Part shown: positions 39,996 to 53,712 of the stretch, piece after piece
Position numbering within the stretch: the stretch's first letter is position 1
Layout of the letters: each line of letters starts with the position of its first letter
Origin: Octopus vulgaris
Lineage: Eukaryota
Direction: 5' to 3'
DNA length: 64,000 nt
Assembly: GCA_951406725.2 (NCBI GenBank)
Contig: OX597831.1
Coordinates: 80,910,001-80,974,000, forward strand
Program-made: the position numbers and the translations under genes
Notes under the pieces: generated by a model
Database searches by the model: none
Told to the model about the DNA's origin: nothing
Seen by the model: only the letters and a program-made list of their open reading frames with translations

Positions 39996-40206
39996 ATTCT
40001 TGTTGCTTCATTCTCGCTTATAATCACCCCACATTACTGTATTGTTAAATCAGTATAGGTTTTTTTTTGGTGCATCTAAGTTAGGTACCATATTCAAGTA
40101 AATTCATTTAAATTAACTTGAATCTTTATTGCTTTTTGTATATATATATATATATATGTAAATTAATGAATATACATGTTTGTGTTTATACACACATACA
40201 CACATA

Positions 40207-40273
<67 letters not shown>

Positions 40274-40820
40274 TTGTGTGTGTGTGTTCATATACCTATA
40301 ATATCTATACATATATAAGTTAATGAATATGCATGTGTGTGTTTATACACACACAAAACACACACACTAACACATCTGTCTGATGTAAAGAGAATCCTGC
40401 TACCAGCGATAATATTCCAAAGACAACCAATGTAAGTCTATATCATAATTAATTGATCCACCGTCCTCACCCCTCAACCCCCACCCCAACCCTTCCACCA
40501 TATTTAACTGAAATTATTTCATCTTTCAATCAGACGTCTTCCTCATTAATCCGTCTCTTTCAAAATTAATGACAACCTGTCTTTAATCTTTAGAGCCAAG
40601 TCTCACAGCTTTGTTATTCTATCTATTTACTTACTAGTCAGCACCATCATCACCACCATCATCACCACGACCATCATCGTCGTTGTCTTCTTCTTCTTCT
40701 TCTTCTTCTTCTTCTTCTTCTTCTTCTTCTTCTTCTTCTTCTGTCTTCCATCGCGCGTCGTCACACCCCAACCAACTGCCATATATATATAGTGTTATAT
40801 CGTTAATAATCATACATACA

Positions 40821-40886
<66 letters not shown>

Positions 40887-40924
40887 GTGTGTACTCAAAA
40901 ATAATCAACAAGAATAACTTCGGT

Positions 40925-41015
40925 AATTTGGTACGATCGTTTCACGCTACATCATTTTATTAAATATTGTAAATATTACAACAGTTTTAAAATGTTGAGC
41001 AATCATCAGCCAATT
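40925..41015 (-). ncRNA. Type I hammerhead ribozyme (left palindrome arm)
   Basis: Reverse complement of 41800-41890. Confidence 0.78.
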
Positions 41016-41368
41016 TATAGAGGTTTCCCATTAATACATAATTTTCATATCAATTGATAACATTATAGAGAAGGTAGATATATAGACAAAGATGTCGATT
41101 TAAATTTTAAGAACATTTAGGTAGTGGAGTTTAGCAACTGACTGAAGAATATTCAGAATATCAGTTATTTTTAACTGCTAGAAGGTTGGGAAGAATGATC
41201 AGTTGAAAGAAGACAAAAAAGATTTTCTATTTATAGAAATAGGGTTGAAATAAAAGAAAAACAATTTTTTTTTAAATGACCCCCATGAATTTTAATGGAT
41301 AACACCATACAAAATTCTGGTGCACCTAACTTAAGTACCATATTCATTTGAATCTAAATTTTGCTGAA

Positions 41369-41448
<80 letters not shown>

Positions 41449-41799
41449 TTCAGCAAAATTTAGATTCAAATGAATATGGTACTTAAGTTAGGTGCACCAG
41501 AATTTTGTATGGTGTTATCCATTAAAATTCATGGGGGTCATTAAAAAAAATGTTTTTCTTTTATTTCAACCCTATTTCTATAAATAGAAAATCTTTTTTG
41601 TCTTCTTTCAACTGATCATTCTTCCCAACCTTCTAGCAGTTAAAAATAACTGAATATTCTGAATATTCTTCAGTCAGTTGCTAAACTCCACTACCTAAAT
41701 GTTCTTAAAATTTAAATCGACATCTTTGTCTATATATCTACCTTCTCTATAATGTTATCAATTGATATGAAAATTATGTATTAATGGGAAACCTCTATA

Positions 41800-41890
41800 A
41801 ATTGGCTGATGATTGCTCAACATTTTAAAACTGTTGTAATATTTACAATATTTAATAAAATGATGTAGCGTGAAACGATCGTACCAAATT
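41800..41890 (+). ncRNA. Type I hammerhead ribozyme (right palindrome arm)
   Basis: TTGG CTGATGA TTGCT..long stem II..AGCGT GAAAC GATC GTA CCAA, with palindromic ACGATCGT stem III. Confidence 0.78.
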
Positions 41891-41922
41891 ACCGAAGTTA
41901 TTCTTGTTGATTATTTTTGAGT

Positions 41923-41972
<50 letters not shown>

Positions 41973-42196
41973 TTGTATGTATGATTATTAACGACGGAAG
42001 CCGTATTAGTTGGGGGGGCTGCGACGGCGGCGGTGGTGATGACGAAGAAGAAGAAGAAGAAGAAGAAGAAGAAGAAGAAGAAGAAGAAGAAGAAGAAGAA
42101 GAAGAGAAGAAGAAGACAACGACGATGATGGTCGTGGTGATGATGGTGGTGATGATGGTGCTGACTAGTAAGTAAATAGGAATAACAAAGCTGTGA

Positions 42197-42234
<38 letters not shown>

Positions 42235-42241
<7 letters not shown>

Positions 42242-42480
42242 TAAATTAGAGACAAAACCACTATTATGCAAATCAAACAAAGAAAGTTCATAGTTTAAAA
42301 TTCGCCAAGAAGGTTTTGAAACCACCTGAAGAATGTCTCAAAGATGTGCTGACACGAAACGATCGTAGTGGTTATTTATTATTGTTAAATTTTAATTTAT
42401 ATAAATTATTTTATGTATTGGCTTAAGTCTTTCTTTGTTTGATTTGCATAATAGTGGTTTTGTCTCTAATTTAATATAAT
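42235..42480 (+). mobile_element. Short element with ~50-bp inverted ends enclosing a hammerhead (Penelope-like)
   Basis: ATTATATTAAATTAGAGACAAAACCACTATTATGCAAATCAAACAAAGAAAG and its reverse complement at 42429-42480. A related end occurs at ~50870-50940. Confidence 0.7.
42320..42373 (+). ncRNA. Type I hammerhead ribozyme
   Basis: AACCAC CTGAAGA ATGTC..GACAC GAAAC GATC GTA GTGGTT: perfect 6-bp stem I. Confidence 0.83.
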
Positions 42481-42553
42481 ATAATATTTTACTATAAAAT
42501 TGGATTCATTCCTAAATTTGATTTTTCCCTGTAAATTTGAATTTATTCCCTAA

Positions 42554-42628
<75 letters not shown>

Positions 42629-42743
42629 TTATATATATTGATAACAATGGTATGACAACAAAAGAATTGAAAGAGACCTCGATATTTTGTAAATAGAGGA
42701 ATTTATCTGTAAATGTAATATGTGACAATTATTCAGTAGCCAT

Positions 42744-42804
42744 GATAAAACTCCGAGTTTCGGGTGCCGAGGTGGAAATCCACGCCGGCATCTCTTCAGT
42801 TATC
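42744..42804 (-). ncRNA. Type I hammerhead ribozyme
   Basis: GATAA CTGAAGA GATGCCG..CGGCACCC GAAAC TCGGA GTT TTATC. Stem I is 5 bp, stem III is quasi-palindromic, GUU site. Confidence 0.7.
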
Positions 42805-43168
42805 CGGCCATCGGAAAAAATGTTATGAAAAATGACCGTTAAACAAAGGGAAATTACTGTGTGATTGACAGTTATAAAGACAAAAGAGCTATTTGAATGA
42901 ACGCTAAGTGAGAGGAGGGAGTAAAGTAAGGGGGTAAAAGTAAGTTCATAGTATAGATATATATATATGTACATATCTATATCTATATATATGTATATGT
43001 ATGGATGTATTATGTATGTGTGTGCATATGTGTGTGAGTGTGCGTGCGTGTGTGTATGTATGTGTGTGTGTACTTTATGTACTTTATTTGTTTTTATATA
43101 TTTATGAGTCAAACAAAAGGCAAGAATGAAAGTGAAACAATGAAAATATGGATTTAGAAGATGCTGCT

Positions 43169-43217
43169 CAGAGTAATATCTCAATATTTCGGTGACTCAT
43201 CACGTCATCAGCCACTG
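43169..43217 (-). ncRNA. Degenerate hammerhead-like motif
   Basis: CAGTGG CTGATGA CGTGA-TGAG-TCACC GAAATATTGAGATATTA CTCTG; stem I is imperfect. Confidence 0.45.
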
Positions 43218-43549
43218 TTGAACTGAAAACAGTCATTCATTTAGTCATACTATATGTATAGCAGTTCTCCACATCACCAGTGTTTGGTACAATAGTTAAC
43301 CAAGAAATGATAAAGGAACGGAGGAGCATCCACTTTGTATACCAGCGAGAAATGATAGATTGGCAGTAAAAATACATTTCCTCGGTTGCTGGGGGTGGGG
43401 TGGGGGAGCGAATAACTGGGACATTCAAGGACATGTGAGGAGTCGCTATATAATAGATAGAGGTATATTAGTCTAAGATATTTAGTTACTGAGAGTGCAC
43501 AACAAGTAGTCAGGGCTATGAATTTGTCTTTTTCTGCATATAGCTACAC

Positions 43550-45030
43550 GCAAAGCGTTGGCTCCGGTCATCTGCGAACTTTAACACTTCTAGCCAATAT
43601 GTCATTGGCGACGGGTGTTGTACCTGCGGACTGGCGATCAGCGATAATCTGACCAATTTTCAACAAAGGGAGCCGCAAAGACCCGCTTAACTATCGACCG
43701 GTTTCCCTTACTTCAATAATCAGCAAGATGTTCGAAACCATCCTGAAGAAAGGTATGTTGCTCCACCTCCAAAACACAGCCTCTATCTCTGATTCTCAAC
43801 ACGGCCTCGTGCCGAAGAGATCATGCTTGACCAACTTACTGATAATGGAATAATTGGTGACTCGTATCCTGGATGATGGTGATGCTGTTGACATCGTTTT
43901 ATTGGACTTTGCCAAAGCTTTTGACTCGGTAAACCACCGCCTATTACTTGTAAAGCTTCAAGCATATTGTTTCCATCCGGATATTGTACGATGGGTTGGT
44001 GCCTTCCTCTCAGATCGCTCCTTCCAAGTCCAAGTTAATGGTTCGCTGTCCGACGTCTCCAGTGCGAGCAGTGGCGTGCCTCAAGGTTCAGTGCTTGGGC
44101 CGTTATTGTTTTTAGTCTTCATCAATGACTTGCCCGACGACCTCACGCAACACACCCTTCTATTTGCCGACGATGTCAAACTGGTCGCTCCTCGCAGTGA
44201 TATAGATAAACTTCGTCGATGCCTCCACCAAGTTTGGAGATGGTCAAACGAATGGGACCTGTGTCTGAACGTGTCAAAGTGCTGTCATCTGCCTGTTGGC
44301 TCCTCTCCTGCAACTCAACTTGATTTCGAGCCGGGTCGTCTGCTGCTGGAGAAGACCGACCAAGTAAAGGACCTGGGTATCTTGGTGGATTCTTCCTTTC
44401 GCCTTCGGCCCAATGTGTCCATGCTGCCAACAAAGCACGCGGAGTTCTGTTTTTGATTCGACGGTCATTCGGAATGCTCACAGCAGCCATATTCCTACCG
44501 CTCTATGTCACGCTGGTGAGACCCATATTAGAGTACGGGATTCAAACCTCTTCTCCTTATATCCTCAAAGACATACATAATCCAGAAGCTGGCTACCCGC
44601 ATGGTTCTTGGTCTCAAGCATTTGTCTTATGAAGAAAGGCTGAAGACACTCGACTTTATTCTCTCGAAAAACGACGACGCCGTGGTGATCTCATTCTCGC
44701 TCACAACATCATAAGCGGAAAGTGTAACCTCTCGAAAGAGCTGTTCTTCACTCCTGCTCCAGAGCGTGGGCTGCGGGGTCACTCCGAAAAGCTCTATCTG
44801 CGATGATTTCATCTCAATCGAAGGAGAGGGGCTTGGGTGCGGATCCGTGGAATAAGCTGCCGGACGAGATAGTGAAGATGCCGACGACCGCTCGGTTCAA
44901 AGTCTCTCTTGACCAGAAATGGCCTGGACTTTTTATATGACCACCCTCCCTATACATAACTCCTTGTCCCCCTACATGGCCTTGCTTTTGCTTTTTGAGC
45001 CAATAAAAATTGAATTGAATTGAAAAAAAA
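43550..45030 (+). mobile_element. 5'-truncated CR1-like LINE (RT domain plus 3' tail)
   Basis: NYRPVSLTS, VDIVLLDFAKAFDSVNH, GVPQGSVLGPLLFLVFIND, FADD. Tail AATAAAAA(TTGAA)n then an A-run; contains stops and frameshifts. Confidence 0.93.
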
Positions 45031-45064
45031 ATGTAAGCTTGTATGTGTGTAATAATAATATCAA

Positions 45065-45231
<167 letters not shown>

Positions 45232-46389
45232 TAATATTGTTAAATGTGTAAGAAAAAGTTAGAGTAACAATTTCATTTCAGACTTTTCTTACGTAGGCAC
45301 ACAGGGGCGCGCGTGCGCAAATCCATTGTTTATAACAAACGAGGGAAGCACTCAATACATGGCTCCTGATTCTATTTATTCAGCTGAGGACGTTTACCGT
45401 TACTTCAACTGGCTGTTGTATATTGAAAGATGTTTCTTATCCAAGACGGCACCGGGACCTCACGATTTCATTGGTTGACGTGAGTCGAGTTACTTGCAAA
45501 GGGGGAGACGGGGGTAACGTCTATATGAGTATATACATATACATATATGCATGTGTGTGTGCGTGTTTTGCGCGTCGTGCGTGTAATGTATGTGTATATA
45601 TAAACATAAATACATGCACACACACATACAAACACACTCACATAAACATACACATACACAACCGCATACACACATATATAAATGTATGTTTGCATGTGTG
45701 CATGTGTATAAATATATATTTATATGAGCGTGTACGTATGGACAATCAAACGTGTACACACCTCTGGACAAAACCACGTACATGTGCTTAGGCATCGTAC
45801 CTAAAACCAACAACGGATGTATAATGTGTACGCTTATATGCACTGACATACAGACGTCCTAATTCTAATTAGGAACATACACACAGATGTGTGTAAACAC
45901 ACTGCAAACTTGCTCCATTAGATGTGAATACAGAAACACACTGAAGTGTATGTATATATGTGTGTGTGCGTGTATATATATATATATATAAATGCACACA
46001 ATATATGTGTGCAAATGCGTTCGTGACCCGCATGCACATGTCTGCATGTGTGAACATGTCTATCTAAATGTACATGATGCACACACACACACACTGACAC
46101 ACAGACACACGTAAATATATAAATATAAGTGTATATATGTATACATATATATGTATATGTATGCATATATCTAAATACATATATATACATCTATATATGC
46201 ATGCAAACACAGACACACATATATGTATGTATATATATATATTTACGTATATGCATATATATATGTTTATATATACGTATATGTATATATATGTATTTAC
46301 ATATATGTATATATAAGTGTGTATATATACTTATATGTATATATATATGTATATGTATGTATATACATATATATATATATGCATGTTTT

Positions 46390-46442
<53 letters not shown>

Positions 46443-47322
46443 ATACACATAAACACCTATATATGCACACATACAAACATACAAGAATACATGAATCAAA
46501 AGCATACACACACACACACATACGAAGGAGGCACATGTTAATTAAAGCAAAATAGAAGGAAAATACCAACTATTATACAAAAAAAAAAAGAAAGGAAAAA
46601 CTCCCTCCGAGAACAAAAAGCTGGCGAAGCAGTGACAAGATGGCGACTGTAGTGATTGTTGCAGTCGGCCATTTTGTTAGCTGTGCTCTGTGTCGCTTCG
46701 TCAAAACTAAACACACCAATTGTAATTCTAACCGCTTATTTAACACCGACCACATTGCTCTTATTGTTGTTACTGCTGCTGCGGCTACTGCTACCGCTAC
46801 AGTTACTGCTACTATTGTTGTTGTTGTTGTTGTTGTTGTTAGCGATGATTGCTGTGTCGTTGTTCTTGTTATTCTGAACGATGTTGTTGATGTTTTTTTT
46901 TTATTTTACCATAGTTCTTGTTGATAAAGTTGTTGCCTTTGCTGTTGTTGTTGCTGTTATTGTTGCTGTTGTTGTTGTTGCTGCTGTTATTGTTGCTGCT
47001 GTTGTTGTTGTTGCTTGTTGTTGCTGTTGTTGTTGTTGCTGTTGTTGTTGTTGCTGTTGTTGTTGTTGCTGTTGCCGTTGTTGTTGCTATTGCTGTTGTT
47101 TTTTCCTGATAGATTTCTTATTGCTATTGCCGCTGTTGTTGCTATCGTTTGCTGTTGTTGTTGTTGTTGTTGTTATGCCTGATAACTTTTTATTGTTGCT
47201 GCCGTTGTCATTGTTGTTGCTAGTTTAGTCTTTGTTGTTGTTATTGTTGCACCTAATGGTTTCGTTATTGTTGCTATTCTATTTTATATTTTTTTATGCT
47301 TATATTTCGCAAATGATATAAC

Positions 47323-47372
<50 letters not shown>

Positions 47373-48049
47373 GGAAGTCTGACGCTGTTGTTGTTTTACT
47401 GATCTTGTTCTTGTTGTTATTGTACTACATTATGCTTCTTTATTATGGTTGAAGTTCTTTATTGTTTCACTTGTTGTTGCTGTTATTTTTCATATGTTTG
47501 TTATAGTCGCCATTTTCAAAAAAGATTTCGTTGTTGTTGTTATTGTTAATAACAATATTGTTGTTATTACGGTCATTGCAACTAATGTTGTTTTTACTGT
47601 TGTTGTTCATTGGTGGTGGTGGTGGTGGTGTAGGTGCTGGGGTTGTTTTTACGGCTCTGTTGTTGTAACAAATTACAGCCATTGCGCTGATGGTGGTGGT
47701 GGTGGCGATGAAGGTGGTGGTGGTAGTAATAGTTGTAGTGGTGACGGAGGAGACGGTGGTGGTGGTGGTGGTAGTAATGATGGTATTGTTTCTCTTCTCG
47801 TCGATGCCGGTGCTGCTATCGTTGTTTTCTTTTCTCCTCCTTCTTTTTCCTTTCCTTGAAGAAAAAGAAAAAGAGAGAAGAGGAAGACGAAGAAAGCTGA
47901 GTCGATTCATTAAATTCTGTTAAGTATGCAATTACTCCATTGGTGTGTTGGTAATAGAGGGATATTACTGTCTGATTGTAGCCAACACTCTCTAGGGAAA
48001 GCGAGAAAAATTGAGAGAGGGAGAGAGAAAGAGATAGAGAAAGTCAGAG

Positions 48050-48102
<53 letters not shown>

Positions 48103-48365
48103 CAGAGTGGAGAGGGGGTAGAGAGGAAGTATATCATGGAGAAGGTGAGAATTGGGAGAGGAGGGGAAGGAGGAAGAGGAGAAATGGTTGAACAAAGAGG
48201 AAGAAAGGAAGGGAGAGAAAGGTGAAGGGGAGAGTTATAAAGGTGAAGAAAGTGATACTAAAAAGGAAATTGAAAACTTCGAACGGAACAGCATACCAGA
48301 GACATGTCATGTACACATACACCCATAAACAGACACACAAATACACACACAGAGATGTGTGTATA

Positions 48366-48421
<56 letters not shown>

Positions 48422-49469
48422 CATACATAAATAAATATACATCATATATATACACACATACACACACACATATATTTAGATGCAGGTAAATACAGATGTA
48501 TGCATAGTATAGTTATATATAAACACATGCATAAGACGTATCTTATATATATATATATATATAACAACAAAATAATAAATAAAATATATGCATATATACA
48601 CGCATATATGTACGTACCTACATCTATATGTATATATACATGCATATATGGGTACAGGACACCAAAAAAAAACGTCGAACACAATGAGAAATGAAAACAT
48701 GAACACAAAAACCAAGGAAATGGACATTTTTCTTAAACAACGAAAAAATAGAGTACAAGACATACAACACAAGGAGCATTCTCCTTCTTCAGCCGCCTCT
48801 GTTTCATCTACTCCGCGTTTCGAAGGTAAAGGCGAGACACGACTTCTTGAAACAATCCTTCCCGCAAAAGCAAATTAAATAAAATTTGAGATTTTTTTGC
48901 GGAGGGGTAGAAATGGTAACAAAAACAGGACAGTAAAAACAATACAAAATATTAACAGTAAAAGACAGGACAATAACAGTAACACGAACATTAAGGGCTG
49001 TTAAGCCAGAACGAATGAAAAAAATATTTTGAACGCTTTGAGAACGGTGAGAGAAACAGGGAAAGCCGTCTACACTTGAAGGAAGCCGGGTCAGAAAGAC
49101 AGTAGTGGCCTTCTCGTCACGTGTCAGCGACGGGAGGGAGGAGGAGGAGTAAGAGAATGGGAGAGAAAAAAGGGAAGGGTTGTAGAGAAAATCAAAAAGA
49201 ATGAAGAATGAGAGAGAGAGGGACAGTAAGGTTAGAAGAAAAGGAAACCAGAAAGAATGAAGGATGAGAGAGAGAGGTGGACAGAAAGGTTAAGAGTGCG
49301 CATCATTATTAATATTAAGATAAAACTTACTTAGAAATGAATTCGTGCGTTGCGCAATCGCACATAAACACATATATGTAAAGACACCGATATAACTATA
49401 TTCCCACGTGCACATACAAGCACGAACCAAATTAAAAAAAAATTATTGACCTGAAGGAAACAACTTTTT

Positions 49470-49530
49470 TTTTCGTGATGTAATAGAATTATCAATAAGT
49501 AATAAACGCGTCTGAAACAGCTGTAGAGAA
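49470..49530 (+). ncRNA. Decayed hammerhead-like motif
   Basis: TTTTC GTGATGT ... GAAAC AGCT GTA GAGAA. The core is mutated but the palindromic stem III is retained. Confidence 0.3.
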
Positions 49531-49548
49531 CCTTTAACGCATTTGTGT

Positions 49549-49642
<94 letters not shown>

Positions 49643-49986
49643 ATACATGTGCTTACATGCATACGCATACATATAAACATGCAAAATATACACTCGTACA
49701 CGCAGTTTTGCAATCAAGCAAGCCTGTGTATATACAGACATCATACACACACATATAACTCACACACATCCCTTTTCTAAAGCAACAGATAATATTAAAA
49801 GCAATTAATATTTTACTCTGGCGCAGGTATTGAGTTCTTAATCGGATAATGGTTAATTTGATTTCAGTATATCAAGATACGTGTTAAAAACGTACGCATA
49901 CTCACATACATATATATAGACAAAAGTTCTTTATTTTCCTTCTTTGCTGTATTGTACATCGATCCATCCTTAAACAGCCCCACATT

Positions 49987-50212
49987 AACCAGTATAACTA
50001 GTAAAACTATCGTAACTAGTATAATTAGTACAATAATAAACTATAACTATTGTCATAAGAATAGCTAACAGACGTATAACCATTTGTGGAACTAGTATAA
50101 CCAGGATAATTAACTATAACTAGTATAACTAGTGTTATTAAGTATAACAAGTACAGCAAACTAGTTAGTATAACCAGAATAAATTATAAAATTAAAATAA
50201 CTAGTATAATCA
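49987..50212. repeat. Degenerate 10-bp minisatellite (AACTAGTATA)
   Basis: Recurrent AACTAGTATA/AACCAGTATA units. Confidence 0.7.
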
Positions 50213-50590
50213 GCATATTTAATATCATTATATCATTATTTCCAGTCTAAAGAAATTGTTAGTCCCTGAATTAACTTTTCTGCATTTCTAGAGAAGAGGA
50301 AGTTGTCAGTTATCCCCCTTGAGCGGATTTTTAGAGTGAGTGAGTGATTGGACAACAGTGAGAGAGATGGGAAGAGAGAAAGAAGAATCGATCCATCTTC
50401 TTGACTAGTACTTTGCCTTTCACACACACACACACGCATGCACATGGAGGCGCGCACGCACGTGCGGTGTTTTCAAATTTTGTCAAACGAATAAGAAAGA
50501 AGACAACAAATATTGTTGAGTATATCGTAGGTTTTAACTGATTACTTTCGCAAAATTTGAAATTCATCCACCACGATTATCACGTGAAGA

Positions 50591-50635
50591 TTCTCGCTTG
50601 ATGATCGTGATTGTATGAAACTCAAGCTGTGAGAA
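50591..50635 (+). ncRNA. Decayed hammerhead-like motif
   Basis: TTCTCGC TTGATGA ... GAAAC TCAA GCT GTGAGAA: 7-bp stem I, with mutated core and cleavage triplet. Confidence 0.35.
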
Positions 50636-50670
50636 AAGGATTTGGTCTGAATAAACTATGTGTTTGCTTG

Positions 50671-50702
<32 letters not shown>

Positions 50703-50936
50703 TGTATGTATGTATGTATGTATGTATGTATGTGTGTGTGCATGTATGTATGTATGTATGTATGTATGTTTTTTATGTATGTATGTATGTATGTATGTAT
50801 GTATGTATATATATATATATATAATTTAAATAATTTTTTTATTTTAACTTTTATATTTTAAATTAATTTTATGTATTGGCTTATGTTTTTCACTGTTTGA
50901 TTTGCCTAATAGTGGTTTTATCTCTAATTTAATATA

Positions 50937-51018
<82 letters not shown>

Positions 51019-51020
<2 letters not shown>

Positions 51021-51386
51021 TAGCAGTATCGCCCAGCGTTGCTCAGGTTTGTAAGGGAAATAACTATAAACCATTTTTAGAGAGTTATAGCCCAAAATAG
51101 CAAAAAAATGGAAAGAAAATGATGGTAAATTTTTTTTGAGAGTTAAAAAAGGTCGAGTTGCGTCCCCTAGACAGTCTGTGGTTTGTGTTTCTGATTCTCG
51201 ACCCCATGTCGAATTTATCGATTTTTTTCAGAACTGGGGGAACTTTTCAAAATTTTCGCTGCGTTAGTTTTGAATTATGACATTGGGCTATGTGTGTGTC
51301 AAGTTTCATCAGAATCGGTTGAAAGCCGTGGTCAGGGTGAGGGTACAACCTGACAGACACACAGACACACAGACAGACAAACTGCC

Positions 51387-51395
<9 letters not shown>
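51019..51395 (-). mobile_element. Non-autonomous Helitron-like element in (TA)n
   Basis: 3' hairpin+CTAGT end shared with the 7059 element; 5' end similar to the 6712 element. Confidence 0.6.
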
Positions 51396-51433
<38 letters not shown>

Positions 51434-52284
51434 TATACATACATATATATATACACACATACATACATGTGTGTATGTGTGTGTAGGTGTGTATATCCAA
51501 ATCTATTTAGATATAAACACATAGGTGTGTGGATGCGGAATTAATGGATTGGTGATTATTTTGATCGAATTTCACAAACCTATCGTTTTGTCTTCATCGC
51601 ATATTTTTTTCCTATTTGTCTCCTCTTAATTCCATCGCAGACAATCGGAACCACATCACTTTTACTTGAGATCTGAGTGACATTATCGCATCCGTCTCGA
51701 AAGGAAGTGGTATGGTGTAATGACCGGAAGTTATATTTGGAATAATTGTTAATGTTTCCCTCTCATTCTCTAAAGAATTCTTTATAAACCGATTTCTTCT
51801 TTTGTCCACTGACCTTTGTCCTCTTCCATATTAAGGAAACTTTGACTTCTTCCACTCAATCGCAGTTTTGTCCATTTCCTTCTGTTAAACTCTCGAATCA
51901 GAAAACAGAAAACTTGTGATTCTAGTGTCAGTCGATCCATCAAAGATATTCAACTTGTTAATAGCGAATTAAATAACTGTTCCTCCCTTATTGTTAAACT
52001 GCTTAAAACTTAGACGAAGGACAAAAGTCAGGCTGAATGTATCTTATCTTAAGCAAGTCTGCAGCTAAAATGTACTTTATGGCGTGTGATGGATTAGTTT
52101 CAAATATACGTCTAAAAACTCTCCAGATGGATAAATTTAGAAGTGGGAGTGAAGGTGGAGTCTTCTTCGTGTCACTTCCGGCTTGAGATTTGCCTCAATG
52201 TGCCAAACAGCATTTTAAAGGACCTCATGATGTCCCTTCGACTGGAGAAATTCAAGGAATTGATTATAAAACCTGACACACAGA

Positions 52285-52433
52285 AGATAAGTCGATTACG
52301 TCGATCCTAGTACTCAACTGGTACTTACTTTACCGACCCCGAAAGGATGGAATGTAAAGTCAACTCTGGTGGCATTTGAACGTAAAGTCAGCAGAAATGC
52401 GGCACAATAACAATTCTGCCAGCTCCGCCGCCT
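52285..52433 (-). mobile_element. Degenerate SINE family B
   Basis: CGACCCCGAAAGGATGGAATGTAAAGTCAAC block. Confidence 0.65.
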
Positions 52434-53028
52434 TCAATAATTATTGTAATAATAAACCAATAATAATGGTAACGATGATGATGATGATGATGTTTCCGTT
52501 TGAGGGTTTCTTTCTACCCTCCCCTCTTCCTCGAACGTCTTGTTCAAGTGAAACAGGCTCGGACTAGTCGATGTCTGAGCCGTCGTTGACAGCTAAACGA
52601 TATTAACATTAATAATTAGCCATAAGGAGATTTTTGGCAATTTTCCCAGCGGATGATCATTAGGTTGGTCAGTTTTATAATTACCAGATTAATTATGGCG
52701 ATCAAAACATTTCCTAATCCCCACAATAACCCTTATCCGTTTCATATTTCTTATGATGACCTTCGCCTTTGCCACACGCAACAGAACATTCTCTTTCGCT
52801 TTCATTTGTTATTGTTGTTGTTGTTTTAGTCAATGTTTTTGTTTCGTTATGCTTTTTCCATGTTTGCTTTGAAGGACATCATCTTCAACGTCCATTACTA
52901 AAATGCTTTTGGTGCTGTTGTTGTTGTTATTGTCATACCACGCATTGCCCATAAGTTAACCACTACTTTCATTCACGCTTTATCTAACAATAGCTCCTAT
53001 TTCTCTCGTGGCTTTAGTCTTTTCTTTA

Positions 53029-53148
<120 letters not shown>

Positions 53149-53681
53149 GAGTGAGAGAGCAGTTCATGCCATCAAAGTGACACTGGGGTAAAATATACGA
53201 AGCCCAATATACCCATCATGACTACCCGTCTGATAAGGGTACACCAGGCACATGCATCACAACCATATGTGCGCGACATGGTGATCTCATATCAAGATAA
53301 ACAGCACATGACCTTGCAGGTGGGGCCCAGTTAGAATTTTCTTCAGGTTGAGTAGCCCATCCTGCTCAAACGGTCCCTGAATAAGGGTTGTTTAAGGATG
53401 TTGAAAGAACCACCCATGTTTCCAGAGGTGAATTATTCAAACCCCAAAGAATCCCTCTCAACACATGGCTATGATGCTCCCCCACTACTTCTGCTCGTGA
53501 TCAGAGGTGCACATATCGTCAGCCACTAAGGGACATGCTCAACTGGTTAAGGTCAAACAACTGACAAGCAAATCTGTGGTATTGAGCAGAATATTTGCTG
53601 TAGCCCATCTTTTATACCAAGACAAAACAATGTACATGATAACACTTCCAATCAGTTAAGATCAGGAGCCACGAGAGCCAC

Positions 53682-53683
<2 letters not shown>
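53149..53683 (-). mobile_element. (TAA)n-inserted retroelement 3' end, family D, copy 2
   Basis: Shares its terminus with 12127; longest copy; (TTA)n flanks. Confidence 0.82.

Positions 53684-53712
<29 letters not shown>

Larger units (their letters stand above)
40603..42196. repeat. ~1.6 kb palindrome centred on (TA)n at ~41371-41446
   Basis: The arms are reverse complements, from TCACAGCTTTGTTATTC to GAATAACAAAGCTGTGA. Confidence 0.95.

Noticed and set aside
48780-48850. CTGAAGA and CGAAACGCG on the minus strand
   Set aside because: Order and pairing do not form a hammerhead that I can draw.
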